Source of the DNA: Candidatus Bathyarchaeota archaeon
GTDB lineage: Archaea > Thermoproteota > Bathyarchaeia > Bathyarchaeales > Bathycorpusculaceae
Assembly: GCA_963806535.1 (NCBI GenBank)
Contig: CAWDYC010000001.1
Span: forward strand, 1-29,912
DNA length: 29,912 nucleotides
Direction: 5' to 3'
Shown one piece after another: positions 1 to 9,969 of the stretch. Every line of letters starts with the position of its first letter. Within the stretch, counting starts at the first letter, position 1. The notes beneath the pieces are model-generated. The model saw only the letters and a list, made by a program, of their open reading frames with translations, had not been told where the DNA came from and did no database searches. A program made the translations under genes and the position numbers.

Positions 1-53
1 GACGGCGACATCATCCCCCATCGAATCAACATCGTCCCAGACTAAAAGGGCTT
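1..53. repeat. GC-rich repeat/hairpin element, copy 1 (left part cut by the window edge)
   Basis: GACGGCGACAtCATCCCCC (1-19) recurs at 2026-2043. CGTCCCAG-N6-AGGGCTT (33-53) is the reverse complement of AAGCCCT-N4-CTGGGACG (2011-2029). Confidence 0.75.
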
Positions 54-73
54 TGGTGAAGGAAAGATGAAAA

Positions 74-783
74 ATGAACAAAAAAAATCGTTCAAGAACT
101 CTTAAAACAACTCCAACAGGAGAACCAAGACCCCCAAGACATAGGAAAACTCAACATAACAAACATAATAATCTGGATGAAAAAAGAAGCCTACGAACCC
201 ACAACCAGTCAAAGAATAATAAAAGAACTAAAACACTTAGAACGAAACTGCAACACAGCCAAACCCGAAGAAGTAAAACTATACATAGCCAACAAGAAAG
301 TATCAAATGCAAGAAAAGAAAACCTGATAGAATCCTACAACATAGCAATCAAATCCTTAGGACTAACATGGAACAAACCCTTTTATCAACGCCAAGACAA
401 GAAACGCAGAGCACCAAAAGAAGAATCAGTCCAATTCATCATACACCACGTTAAATTCCCAATTAAACCTTAAACTAAAAATGTCAAGAGATTTAGGAAA
501 AAGACCCATAAAATTAACATGGCTAAAAGTTCAAGACATAGACCTAACAGCGGGAAAAACAGACCTTACAGGCGCAAAACACACGATCGGCAGAGAAGTA
601 AAGGTTAAACAAGACACCTTAGAACTTCTAAAAAGATACATCAAAAGAGAAAACCTAAACTCAACAAGCATAATTTTTTCGACCACATCGGACAACTTAA
701 ACACCGATTATAGACTTGCCAGAAATAGACTCGCAGAAAAATACCAAATGCTCTCACAGACAAGGAATCCCCTCAGTTATTAG
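74..783 (+). pseudogene. Tyrosine recombinase/integrase, frameshifted and C-terminally truncated
   Basis: Joining 177..473 and 481..783 (plus a probable N-terminus from 74 across an A-run slip) gives PEEVKLYIA...RKENLIESY...DLGKRPIKLTWLKVQDIDL...GAK...GR, the XerC/D-like Arg and Lys motifs. It ends before any HxxR box or catalytic Tyr. Confidence 0.75.
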
Positions 784-846
784 CTTTCGGTTTAATCTTG
801 TTTTCTATAGGTTTGATATCAAGAGTCGCGCGTTCTTCTTCCAGAT

Positions 847-877
847 AAAAAAAAGCCCGCAAGTTAGATGCGGGCTT
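847..877 (-). terminator. Stem-loop plus U-tract terminator downstream of the protease gene
   Basis: AAGCCCGCA (853-861) pairs with TGCGGGCTT (869-877) around a 7-nt loop. The A-run at 847-854 reads as U8 on the minus strand. Confidence 0.7.
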
Positions 878-921
878 GAGGTGGATTATTGTTGTCTCTC
901 TACCGCAAATCTCAATTTGAT

Positions 922-1539
922 TTAGATTAACACCATCCAAGGAATCCAGTTTGTTTTGTCGAAATCGAAAAAGCCATCAGTTTGCGGTTCGACGCAATAC
1001 ACTTTTTTGGCGTATGCATCATAGAATATGTTTACTGCGTGTCCCCAAGAGAATGGTGGGTTTCGGGGTCCAAACCATATTATTCCAAAAGGTATGCCTT
1101 TGTAGAATCCCTGAACTGAACCATTTAGCACAGAGGCAAAGTTGTCACAATCAAATGTCTCTGCAATCCAAACATCCAGATTAGTGGAATCGAAGTTTCC
1201 TATGTATTCTTGTAGTTGATAAGCCGAGTATGCTGTATAGCTTCCGTCTGACACGTGGAAAGCCCAATTTCCGCCTCCAAGAAATGCTAAGATAGCATTG
1301 ATTACCTCGGTTCCAAGTAGGTTTGGATGTGTCCCGTAAGCATTCTGTACATCTTGGGGGGTTTGCACAAGTTTGTCGTACACTTTTACTCCTGGCTGAA
1401 GTATTGGAATGGTTGGAGCTTTTTGAAATGATCGCATTATGATAGTTGGTTGGTTTTTTGGCAAGGCATTAAGATGGTCTGTAAGAGTTATTGCGTTGAG
1501 AGAAATTCTTTTTAACTCAGCTATCTGCATTGGTGGCAA
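922..1539 (-). CDS. Papain/transglutaminase-like cysteine protease, MOA agglutinin C-terminal-domain type
   Basis: Motifs FDCDNFA, GIIW, GHAVNIF and VEPQTD give a Cys-His-Glu triad in the order seen in the MOA lectin protease domain. Confidence 0.7.
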   Translation of the reverse strand: MPPMQIAELKRISLNAITLTDHLNALPKNQPTIIMRSFQKAPTIPILQPGVKVYDKLVQTPQDVQNAYGTHPNLLGTEVINAILAFLGGGNWAFHVSDGSYTAYSAYQLQEYIGNFDSTNLDVWIAETFDCDNFASVLNGSVQGFYKGIPFGIIWFGPRNPPFSWGHAVNIFYDAYAKKVYCVEPQTDGFFDFDKTNWIPWMVLI

Positions 1540-2010
1540 AGAAATCGCCAGAAATATGTAATAAGAATTAAGAATTTACGCATTCTTTATCAAAAATCTG
1601 GCACACTTACATTGTGATTCTTGTATCCAAACCCATAAATGAACCTGTTTATGTTAAAAACAGAATTATAAGAATCATTATTGAAATTTTGATGCATTTG
1701 ATTAAAAAAACTTCTAATAAATTTGAAAAATAATCAGCAACTTTGCGAAGAATGGGGTAAACAAAACATGTATGCACTAACTCATAAGCTTGAAATTACG
1801 TCATTTTGGAAACATTTATTTGCGCCTAATATAGCGATGGACTTAAAAATTGGTGGCAACGTTCAACTGTTTTAGTTTTTCCATAACCCTACGAAATACT
1901 GAATAATATATGACATAGTTGACCAACCAGTAGTTCTGAAAAAAACCCAAAAGGTTATAACTAGACCTCAACAATATAGAGGATTAAATAAGGAAGAGTA
2001 AGAAATTACT

Positions 2011-2053
2011 AAGCCCTAAGGCTGGGACGGCGACACATCCCCCGCTGAATGAA
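2011..2053. repeat. GC-rich repeat element, copy 2 (right arm degenerate)
   Basis: AAGCCCTAAGGCTGGGACGGCGACACATCCCCCGCTGAATGAA is a direct repeat of the sequence at the window start. Confidence 0.7.
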
Positions 2054-2182
2054 ACACTTTCCCTCAAATTTCAACCTTGTGATATACCCAGATGTTCTTA
2101 TAAGATTAGGAAATCAAAAAAAAATCCGCGCAGTTAAAGAAGTATTATAAAACAAAAAAAAATAGAAAAAGGAGTTTTTTTC

Positions 2183-2875
2183 TTAGACGGGTGTTGGCGT
2201 TGGTGGTGGACTTGCAGTTACCATCGACGGTTGTTGTGGTTCGTGCGTTTTCATTGTGAAGAAGGCAATTGCTAAGATGAGCACTCCAACCCACATGATG
2301 ATTAGACCTGGCAGAATAAAGAGTATTAGCAGAAACGCGCCTATGAATAGTATTAATCCTGCTGATGAAAATAGTCCAACCCCTGATTTTACTGAAAGTT
2401 GCTTAAGCGAGCGCCTGAAGAAGAATGTGGCGACTATTGCAAATACTATAAACACAACGAAAATCACAAGAACAGCTGCTATGAAAGAGGCTAATGGTGA
2501 AAAGTCAAGACTGCTGATATTACTCGGAGTCGTGGGCGTCATGCTTGAAAGTGATGCCCAATCGCCTCGTGTCCAATTTGGGAAAATCTGCACCAAGAAG
2601 TTTTCCAATGCTGTCAAAGAGGAGAGAATAGCTATAACTGCAACAATTCCGGTCACAACCGCACCTACGACGCCTGCAAGGACACCATAGATTGCATTGC
2701 TGAAGATTCTTTTTTCTTTGTAGAAGTTAGCTAAACCATGGAGTGCAATTAGAACCAGAATTAATCCAACAAATCCGATAACGCCAAATGTGGAAGTACC
2801 GAGCACTGGTAAAAAGCCGATCAGTAATAGTATTGCGCCTACACCGCCCAAAATTTTGTTTGATTCTAGAGTCAT
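2183..2875 (-). CDS. DUF996 family archaeal membrane protein
   Basis: N-terminus KILGGVGAILLLIG, LVLIALHGLA..Y..KRIF.NA, and C-terminal LF..AG...FIGA.L...G...ILAIAFF. Several TM helices. Confidence 0.8.
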   Translation of the reverse strand: MTLESNKILGGVGAILLLIGFLPVLGTSTFGVIGFVGLILVLIALHGLANFYKEKRIFSNAIYGVLAGVVGAVVTGIVAVIAILSSLTALENFLVQIFPNWTRGDWASLSSMTPTTPSNISSLDFSPLASFIAAVLVIFVVFIVFAIVATFFFRRSLKQLSVKSGVGLFSSAGLILFIGAFLLILFILPGLIIMWVGVLILAIAFFTMKTHEPQQPSMVTASPPPTPTPV

Positions 2876-3035
2876 TTAATTTTTCCTCTATTTTTCTGTC
2901 AACATACTAAAGATAAAAGCTTTTTCATGCCTATGCGTTGTCTATTTAAAGTTAGCGCTTAATTGATACGTGGTGCCTTTAATTATTCAACAGATCAAGA
3001 ACCTAAGTAAAGACTAAAATTCGGTTCTTAAGACT

Positions 3036-3509
3036 TTACATGCCAGGCATAGAAGGCAACAAATTGAACATTTGAAGGAACAATATCAAGCCCAATATGA
3101 AGCTGGCTAACCAAAGAACTGCTGTTAAACGCATCCATTTCTTCAAATTCTTCTTCGGCAAAAAACCAAACAAGTAAACAACACCTGTAATTACGGCGGG
3201 TACAGCGACCATCGTATGAATTATTGTCACTGCGGAAAGCGAGGAATAGAATTCAACATCTGGGTCCAAATAGTAGCGGATAAACGATGGTAGCATACCG
3301 AAAGAAATGGCAACTAAAGTCAAAGCTATAGCAGCAGAGAGCGCCCATCGATGCTGCAATAAGTTTTCCTTGCTTTTTGTCAAATAGCCAAACCCAATTC
3401 CGACGAGTAAAACACCCAAAATGACAAACATTATGGACATAACCGTCTGAGATACCACCGGCGGTGTCCCAGCATGTAATGCAATTATTCCTAACCAGAA
3501 TTCGAACAT
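3036..3509 (-). CDS. Four-TM membrane protein, DUF420-like
   Basis: Four hydrophobic helices with HRW and IIHT histidines and a MRLTAVLWL motif. Confidence 0.55.
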   Translation of the reverse strand: MFEFWLGIIALHAGTPPVVSQTVMSIMFVILGVLLVGIGFGYLTKSKENLLQHRWALSAAIALTLVAISFGMLPSFIRYYLDPDVEFYSSLSAVTIIHTMVAVPAVITGVVYLFGFLPKKNLKKWMRLTAVLWLASFILGLILFLQMFNLLPSMPGM

Positions 3510-3596
3510 TCTTTTCTCAGAAAGGGGTAACTTGCTGGGTTATTTATGATTATGTGATTGGGACTTGCCAGCCACAATATTAAGATTGAAGAGCCT

Positions 3597-3926
3597 TTAA
3601 GTTGTTTCTGCTTTTTCGTCAAGCAGCTCTTTTAGGGTATTAAAGTAGGTTTGGAGATAGATTCTTCCGTTTTCGGTAATGGCGTAGATTTTTCGGGCGC
3701 GTCTACCTCTTTGTTGTGTTGTGCTTTCAAGGAACCCTTTTTTTTCAAGGCATTTTAATGCGGGGTAGAGTGCGCCATGTCGTATTTTTATGTTGAAATC
3801 TGCTTCTACTTGTTTTTTTATCTTGTATCCCCATGTTGGTTGGGCTTGTACTGTACGTAATAATTTGATTTCTAGTAGGTTTCTGATTATGTGTTGTACA
3901 ATTTCTTTTTTGTATTTTTCTGACAT
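3597..3926 (-). CDS. PadR family transcriptional regulator
   Basis: PTWGYKIKK, GALYPALKCLEKKGFL, RARKIYAITENG. Confidence 0.92.
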   Translation of the reverse strand: MSEKYKKEIVQHIIRNLLEIKLLRTVQAQPTWGYKIKKQVEADFNIKIRHGALYPALKCLEKKGFLESTTQQRGRRARKIYAITENGRIYLQTYFNTLKELLDEKAETT

Positions 3927-4091
3927 TTGTTTTTGCCCGTTGGCGGTTTTTATTGGATTGTTGATGTTATTCTTGTTCAGGTTATGTTAAGTTTGCGTTG
4001 TTGATATATTGTGAGGTTATGTTTTTGTATGCTTGTGTTATGTATCAAGCTTTATATTATGGTTTATGGATATTCAATACTCAAGATAGGA

Positions 4092-4115
4092 AATATGTCT
4101 GAAAACGGACATATT
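4092..4115. promoter_or_regulatory. Candidate PadR operator (inverted repeat)
   Basis: AATATGTC-N8-GACATATT has perfect 8-bp arms containing ATGT...ACAT and lies between two divergent padR genes. Confidence 0.55.
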
Positions 4116-4170
4116 GTCTACACGCAGAACAGCAAAACTGTTCTACACAAATACAGGAGAAAAATAAAAA

Positions 4171-4599
4171 ATGTTAAAAACCGCAAACTCACAAAAAGAA
4201 GTTTCAAACAAACTAATGAAAGGGTTACTTGACCTAATAATACTACAATTCCTAAACAACCAACCAATGCACGGATACCAAGTGATAACGAAAATCCGCA
4301 AAAACTTCGGCGTCTACTTTGGACCCAGCACCATATACCCACTTCTGGGCACGCTTGAGAAAAAAGGTCTCGTAAACAGTGTATGGAACATGAATTCTGA
4401 TAGGCCGAGAAAAATTTATTCCCTAACAAGCAATGGTCAAAACATGCTAAACTTCACCGAAGAATCATTGAATCTGATCTGCAGAAAAATATCATCACAA
4501 GCGAAAACAGACTTAACAGTTGAGTCCTCAGTTCAACCAACAATAGGAATAATTACCAAAAGAGACAGAAGTACTCCAACAAACCGCTTAAGCGTTTGA
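4171..4599 (+). CDS. PadR family transcriptional regulator
   Basis: KGLLDLIIL, PMHGYQVI, STIYPLLGTLEKKGLV, RPRKIYSLTSNG. Confidence 0.93.
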   Translation: MLKTANSQKEVSNKLMKGLLDLIILQFLNNQPMHGYQVITKIRKNFGVYFGPSTIYPLLGTLEKKGLVNSVWNMNSDRPRKIYSLTSNGQNMLNFTEESLNLICRKISSQAKTDLTVESSVQPTIGIITKRDRSTPTNRLSV

Positions 4600-4741
4600 A
4601 ACGTGGAAAAGAAATCAGCGGCGCTAAAAACGACGCCCCTATTCTATTTTTGAATTGTTAATATTAATCTTAATTTTTTTAAATCGTGTTTTAATATAAC
4701 TCAATGTGTAATTCTATATCGGCTAAAGTATCGATGTCCAA

Positions 4742-6453
4742 TTGAAACAAATAGTCAATCAAAACAGCGAATTAAATACTCAAATACTTGATTTTTGTAG
4801 ACATATCGCTGGCTCCTCAAACATCACAGCCATAGTCTACGTTGACAACTATTCAATGAAGTCAATTAACGATAAAGCAATAATTAACATCATGCTTGTA
4901 ATTCAGCCATTTCCAGCGAGAATAATGAGTTACATTAAAACATTAAATGAAAAAACCATTTTCGTTTTTGCAGTTGACCAGTGGGTTTTTGAACGTGACA
5001 TTGAAATAGGTCTTCTAGGAGAAGCAATTGCAGGCAAACTTATTTTTCCGCACTCAACGCTTTATGGTGAAGATTATCTACATAAAAAAGAAGTCACTTT
5101 GAAGAAACGTTTGATTCTTGAATTGCTTGAAAATTTGGCATCAAGTTTTCCTGAGCTTACGCATCGAATTCAAATTGAACCACAATATTTCCTCTACGAA
5201 GTGCTTTCCAGCCGAATCCGTCTTTCTCCATTACTAATTTATGATGTCTCGAACTTGATGAATGGTTTACTGTTAAATGAAGCCGAATTTCTAAAAAGCT
5301 ACAATGAAGCGCTTCGACAGCTTGAAGTGGAAGGGAAAATATATTTCCTAAATAATTACGTGAAGATATCTGAGAAAATTTTGAAGCAATGCCAAGACCC
5401 AAAAGTCAAAATAATTAACTTATCAAAAAACGCTCCAAGAAGATTATTCTCATCAATCTTTGGAACTTTTCCACAGTTAATAAGTATTTTTTCGCAAAAT
5501 ACTGAGGCTTTTCTTAAAACACAAAAGATTAATTGGAGAAAACAACTTGATCAGCCTTATTTATTCATAAATCCTCAAAAATACGTGTTCTTTCAGACTT
5601 CAACTGGTTTAGTTTCTTTGTCCGATAAGATTGACATCAAAGGGTTTCGCTCAAAAAATGCTTTCTCATCCAGGTGAAGAGGTTGAAGTTGAACCCCTCG
5701 GCGGCATGCTAAACGACGTGTATTTGATTAATGTTCGAGGGAAGGGCAATGTAACGAAGGTGCTGGCGAAGCGTTTTAAGGATTGGTCTGGATTCAAATG
5801 GTTTCCCTTAACAGTGTGGTCTCTTGGAACAAGACCTTTCGCTATTACTGCTCAAGCTAGACTTGCCAAGGAATGCGCAATTAACGAATTTCTTTACAAT
5901 GAAGGATTTAAGGTCCCAAAAATTTTGCACATAAGCAACGCTGAACGTTTAGTTTTCATGGAGTATATAGAAGGAGAGAACCTCAGCCAAGCAATCAAAC
6001 GAATAGCCCTCGCTACAGAGAATCAAACATTCGAACAAGAACTCGCCAACACTAAGCGAAGCCGGCGAAATACTTGCTAAAGTTCATTCCTACAACATTG
6101 TTTTAGGAGATACAAAGCCGGAAAACATGCTGGTTAAACCGGATGGCACTATTTACATGATTGATTTTGAGCAGGCAGTTCAAGATGCCGATGGAGATAA
6201 AACTTGGGATGTAGCGGTCTTTCTATATTACGCAGGTCATTTCCTTCAACCGCTTTATGGGAAGATGAAAGCTGAATCAATTGCTAAAGCATTCATAAAT
6301 GGCTACTTGAAGGCCGGCGGAGAAGTTGATGTTATTAACAAGGCAGGGTTACCAAAATATACGAGGATATTTAGCATTTTTACCATGTGGAATATTATTT
6401 CCACTATTGCGAATGTCCTCAAGAAAACTAAAGCACTTGAGGAAAAAAGTTGA
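4742..6453 (+). CDS. Large protein with C-terminal Bud32/RIO/Kdo-type kinase domain (two frameshifts, near 5640 and 6055)
   Basis: ORFs 4742..5677, 5631..6080 and 6127..6453 join. Kinase motifs VLAKRF, KVPKIL, FMEYIEG, LGDTKPENMLV and IDFEQA are present. Confidence 0.75.
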
Positions 6454-6834
6454 ATTTGCAACACCTGGAAATATTACATCACAAATAGAAAAGCTATCTC
6501 TTGACCAGTTTTGTTGAGCAAATATTGTTAAAAACAACTTTCTAATGCCTCGAAAGAACAAGCATAGTTGTTGTTTCACCTAAACATGCGTTTGCTGTTT
6601 ACATCTATCTCCGAGACAATAAAGCTCAAGTTAATGCGAGAAAATGAGTTTTCGAAGGTCGAACAAGCGTTTAAGAAAGTGGCGAAACAATTGATTGAAG
6701 GTTTCTGTCGAGAACTGAGATTTTTTTATGGTTTCGAGGGTTCGAAGTTGCAGGGCACATGGTTTTAGAAGCGCTTGGATGTCCAAGTAGCAGTGTTTAT
6801 TTACCTTCTAGAGAAATATTTACTTGGGACTTTT

Positions 6835-7114
6835 ATGAGCGAATTTTACTATTACAAAGGTACTCAACAAGGTTAAGGTAGTAACTGAAAGCGAGGGCTA
6901 CTGGATTGTTGAGGCATTAGAAGACTTTGAGGATTGTTCTGAAGGCGAAGGAATCACCGTTAAGAAAGGTGAACGACGTATCGTGACACCAGACACCTTG
7001 TTTAAGCAAAAAAATATGCTGCCCATGGTTAAGGAACATGAATACGAGCTTAACATGGAAAGGAAGCTTAAGCGAATGGTCAGCGAAAACGAAAAAGAAA
7101 CTGGAAAAAAATGA
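6835..7114 (+). CDS. Small hypothetical protein (one frameshift near 6858; absent from the ORF track)
   Basis: MSEFYYYK then +1 slip to VLNKVKVVTESEGYWIVEALEDFED...KEHEYELNMERKLKRMVSENEKETGKK. Open frame with protein-like composition. Confidence 0.6.
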
Positions 7115-7258
7115 CCCAACTTTTTTAGTGCCTGCGTCCTTCACTTGCACTATTTTTTAGAAAAAAGTTGAATTCAAAAAAAACGATTTAACAATAACAA
7201 GATTCAAAGCTTAAATTATACAATCTCCATTTTCACTTCCAAAAGAGGAAAAAATTCA

Positions 7259-8149
7259 GTGGCTAACCAGAAAATAAGCGAAGGCGACTATGTCCTAATT
7301 TACTTAGATGCTCGAAGAACCTACATGATAAAAATGCAAGCAGGACAAACCTTCCATACGCATAAGGGTTACCTCAAACTGGATGAATTAATCGGTAAAG
7401 AATACGGGGAACCTATCAAAAGCAGCCTTGGCATCTACTTCACCACCCTCAGACCATCTTTAACCGACTACATTATGAAATCTTCACGCAACACACAAAT
7501 CATCTACCCCAAAGACGCAGCCTTAATCGTAATGTTCAGCGGTATCGGACCGGGAAGCCGTGTGGTGGAATCAGGCACAGGAACAGGCTCATTAACCACA
7601 GCCCTTGCCCACTACGTCGGGTCAACAGGAAAAGTTTACACTTACGAACTACGCCCAGAATTCCAAAAGAACGCTGCCAAAAACCTTGAACGTTCAAAAC
7701 TTATAGGCCACGTCGAAATGAAGAGCGGCGATGTGACTTTAGGTATTGAGGAGAGAGATGTGGATGCAGTCATTTTGGATTTGGCAGTTCCATGGCTTGT
7801 CGTACCCCACGCTTATGAAGCATTGAAGCCTTCAGGCACTCTGGTTTCGTTTAGCCCAACCATCGACCAAGTGGTAAAGACGACAGAAGCCCTTAGAGAG
7901 AACGGGTTCGTTTTCATAGAAACAATCGAGTGTATGATGCGGGCGATGCAGGTTGAACGGGGAAAAACAAGGCCACAAACGCTGATGACGGGACATACGG
8001 GCTACATTACTCATGCAAGAAAAATTCTAAAGCTACCCGTCCAAGAAAATGCACAGGCGATGCCCCAAGAAGAAAAAATTGTTGCTGAAGAAGTACCAGT
8101 TTCGCAAAAAGAAAACGTTGAAGAAATGATAGAAGAAGAAACTGACTAA
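7259..8149 (+). CDS. trmI: tRNA (adenine-N1)-methyltransferase TrmI/GCD14
   Basis: FHTHKG, TQIIYPKDAA, VVESGTGTGSLT, ILDLAVPW, FSPTIDQV, HTGYI. Confidence 0.96.
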   Translation: MANQKISEGDYVLIYLDARRTYMIKMQAGQTFHTHKGYLKLDELIGKEYGEPIKSSLGIYFTTLRPSLTDYIMKSSRNTQIIYPKDAALIVMFSGIGPGSRVVESGTGTGSLTTALAHYVGSTGKVYTYELRPEFQKNAAKNLERSKLIGHVEMKSGDVTLGIEERDVDAVILDLAVPWLVVPHAYEALKPSGTLVSFSPTIDQVVKTTEALRENGFVFIETIECMMRAMQVERGKTRPQTLMTGHTGYITHARKILKLPVQENAQAMPQEEKIVAEEVPVSQKENVEEMIEEETD

Positions 8150-9771
8150 ACCTTTGCTTTCATTTTGTGTTGTTTTGATGCAGACATGGGCATGCTTAAT
8201 GTCCAGACAGCCTGCTTTAGTTGTTCACTCTTTTCTCCACGGGTCAGTCCATAGTAGGCACCCAATATTTTGCCGAAGTACGGAATAATAAATTGGTCAA
8301 AGGTTTTGTAGATGAATGGATTGGTAAAGCGATTTTCTAGGAAAGTTGGTTTCCAGATTTTGATGTTGTATTCCCAACATTTGATGAAAAAGTCCCAACG
8401 CGCTTTGCTGAGGGAATCCATTTCGGCCCCTTTCTTATTCATAAGAACGCAGTTTTCAAGCGGAACAAAGAAGAGTGGCACGTAAAAAGCGTTGAAATCC
8501 TTTAGTTTATCCATTAATTCAAGTGTTTGGAGCATGTCTTCTTCTTTTTCATCAGGTAAGCCGATAATTAGTGTTGCAAGTGGATACCAATCATTATCGT
8601 TAAGGATGCCGAAAGCGTTAGTGACAACGTCCTGCCATTGCTCAGGCTTAAATGGCAACATTTTTCCCGACATATACTTTTTCATGAGACGTGGACTGCC
8701 TGTTTCTATGCCGGTTTCGGCTGTGATTATAGCTTTCTTGCCAAAAGAATACCAACTTTTCTCAATCAATATTTCAGCCAGTTCCTTAATCATCTGAGGA
8801 TCATTATAAACAGGAGCTAATGACATGTGTGAAGCTTGAATACTCTTTACGCCGGGATAATCCGCAACATTTTTTACTAGTTTCACTACGGCTTCCTTGT
8901 TTGGGATAAATTTCTTGTCTGTTGTGCCGTAAAGAAAAAGGTCTTCAGTAATGAGCGTTACGTGATCGCTGCCTTCAGCAACGGTTAACGCAACTTCATT
9001 CATAATTTTTTCAAGTGGCACATCAACTTTGTTTTGCATTGTTGGAGTGCAGAATTGACAGTTTCTGCCGCAGCCTTTGGAGATTTCAACTGCACCATGA
9101 ATTGCCGCATGCATAGTTAACGGCATTTGAACATTGTAGTTCCAATTGCTCAAAGATTCATCAGCTTTCGCAATACGTGGAAGTTCCTCACCGTTGACTG
9201 CTTTTTTGAAGATTTCAACAATTGGCTCAGGCTTTCCGCCGATGAGAACACAATCGACACCGTAACTATCCGAAACATGTTTTCGTTCAAGTTGCCAAGA
9301 ACCAAAGCCGCCCACTATGATTTTTGGTTTGTACTTTTTAATGCTGGGGTGCATGACGAGTTTTCGGAATTCCACGGCGTTCATGGGTTCTCCGCCGCCA
9401 ACAATTGATGAGTATGTTTTGCTTACGTAGCCCATGCCAGTTGGATCCATGGATGATATGCCGACGACTTTGGTTTGTGGACCGATGAACTCCTGTAAAT
9501 CTTCAGGATGAACAACCGCTATATCCGATTTTGAAAAGCCATTTTGCAGAAGTATGGATTCGACTTTTCTAAGGCCGTACGGTGCAAACTTTGCTTGTCC
9601 ATCGGCTTTGCGTCCACAATGTGGATAAAGTGTTTTTCTAACATAGCCAAGTGGAATAGGCCCTTTTCCGAAGCCTCCCACAAATGCGATAAAGGGATTA
9701 TTGAAAAAGTCACTCATTTCGGTTGCTGATGCTGTGAGCACAATTTTTTTGCCCAATACTGGTGACGCCAA
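8146..9771 (-). CDS. Archaeal radical SAM protein with B12-binding-like N-terminal domain
   Basis: APYGLRKVE, GISSMDPTG, VEISKGCGRNCQFC (CxxxCxxC), GIETGS, TLIIGLP. Confidence 0.88.
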   Translation of the reverse strand: MASPVLGKKIVLTASATEMSDFFNNPFIAFVGGFGKGPIPLGYVRKTLYPHCGRKADGQAKFAPYGLRKVESILLQNGFSKSDIAVVHPEDLQEFIGPQTKVVGISSMDPTGMGYVSKTYSSIVGGGEPMNAVEFRKLVMHPSIKKYKPKIIVGGFGSWQLERKHVSDSYGVDCVLIGGKPEPIVEIFKKAVNGEELPRIAKADESLSNWNYNVQMPLTMHAAIHGAVEISKGCGRNCQFCTPTMQNKVDVPLEKIMNEVALTVAEGSDHVTLITEDLFLYGTTDKKFIPNKEAVVKLVKNVADYPGVKSIQASHMSLAPVYNDPQMIKELAEILIEKSWYSFGKKAIITAETGIETGSPRLMKKYMSGKMLPFKPEQWQDVVTNAFGILNDNDWYPLATLIIGLPDEKEEDMLQTLELMDKLKDFNAFYVPLFFVPLENCVLMNKKGAEMDSLSKARWDFFIKCWEYNIKIWKPTFLENRFTNPFIYKTFDQFIIPYFGKILGAYYGLTRGEKSEQLKQAVWTLSMPMSASKQHKMKAKV

Positions 9772-9924
9772 TTTTTCTCTCTTCCTCGCGAATAGAATAA
9801 GTTAACATTCGATAGCCTTTTAAGAATTACTATACGTTGAAGTCCTTGCCTACGGAGTTAGGGGTAAACCAAAGAGCCGTCTTGATATTCCGTGACTTTA
9901 AAATAATTTTAAGCTGGCTTTAAT

Positions 9925-9969
9925 AACCTCCTTCTGCATCTGCGGTGTAAACAAGAGGTCTTTTAGACG
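9925..9969 (+). promoter_or_regulatory. Candidate structured 5' leader with anti-SD/SD pairing before an ACG codon
   Basis: ACCTC (9926-9930) is complementary to SD-like GAGGT (9955-9959). Inner CTGC/GCGG stem. TATA-like TTTAAAAT near 9897-9904. Confidence 0.4.

Noticed and set aside
74-454. 126-aa basic ORF
   Set aside because: It is an off-frame reading of the A/C-rich integrase remnant.
1690-2000. Possible decayed gene on the + strand
   Set aside because: Only short interrupted frames with no recognisable motif.
9964-9966. Pyrrolysine-type readthrough of the TAG before the hydrolase, or of the TAG at 25162-25164
   Set aside because: The first has no nearby upstream start codon, the second is in an eroded gene, and no pyl genes are present in the window.
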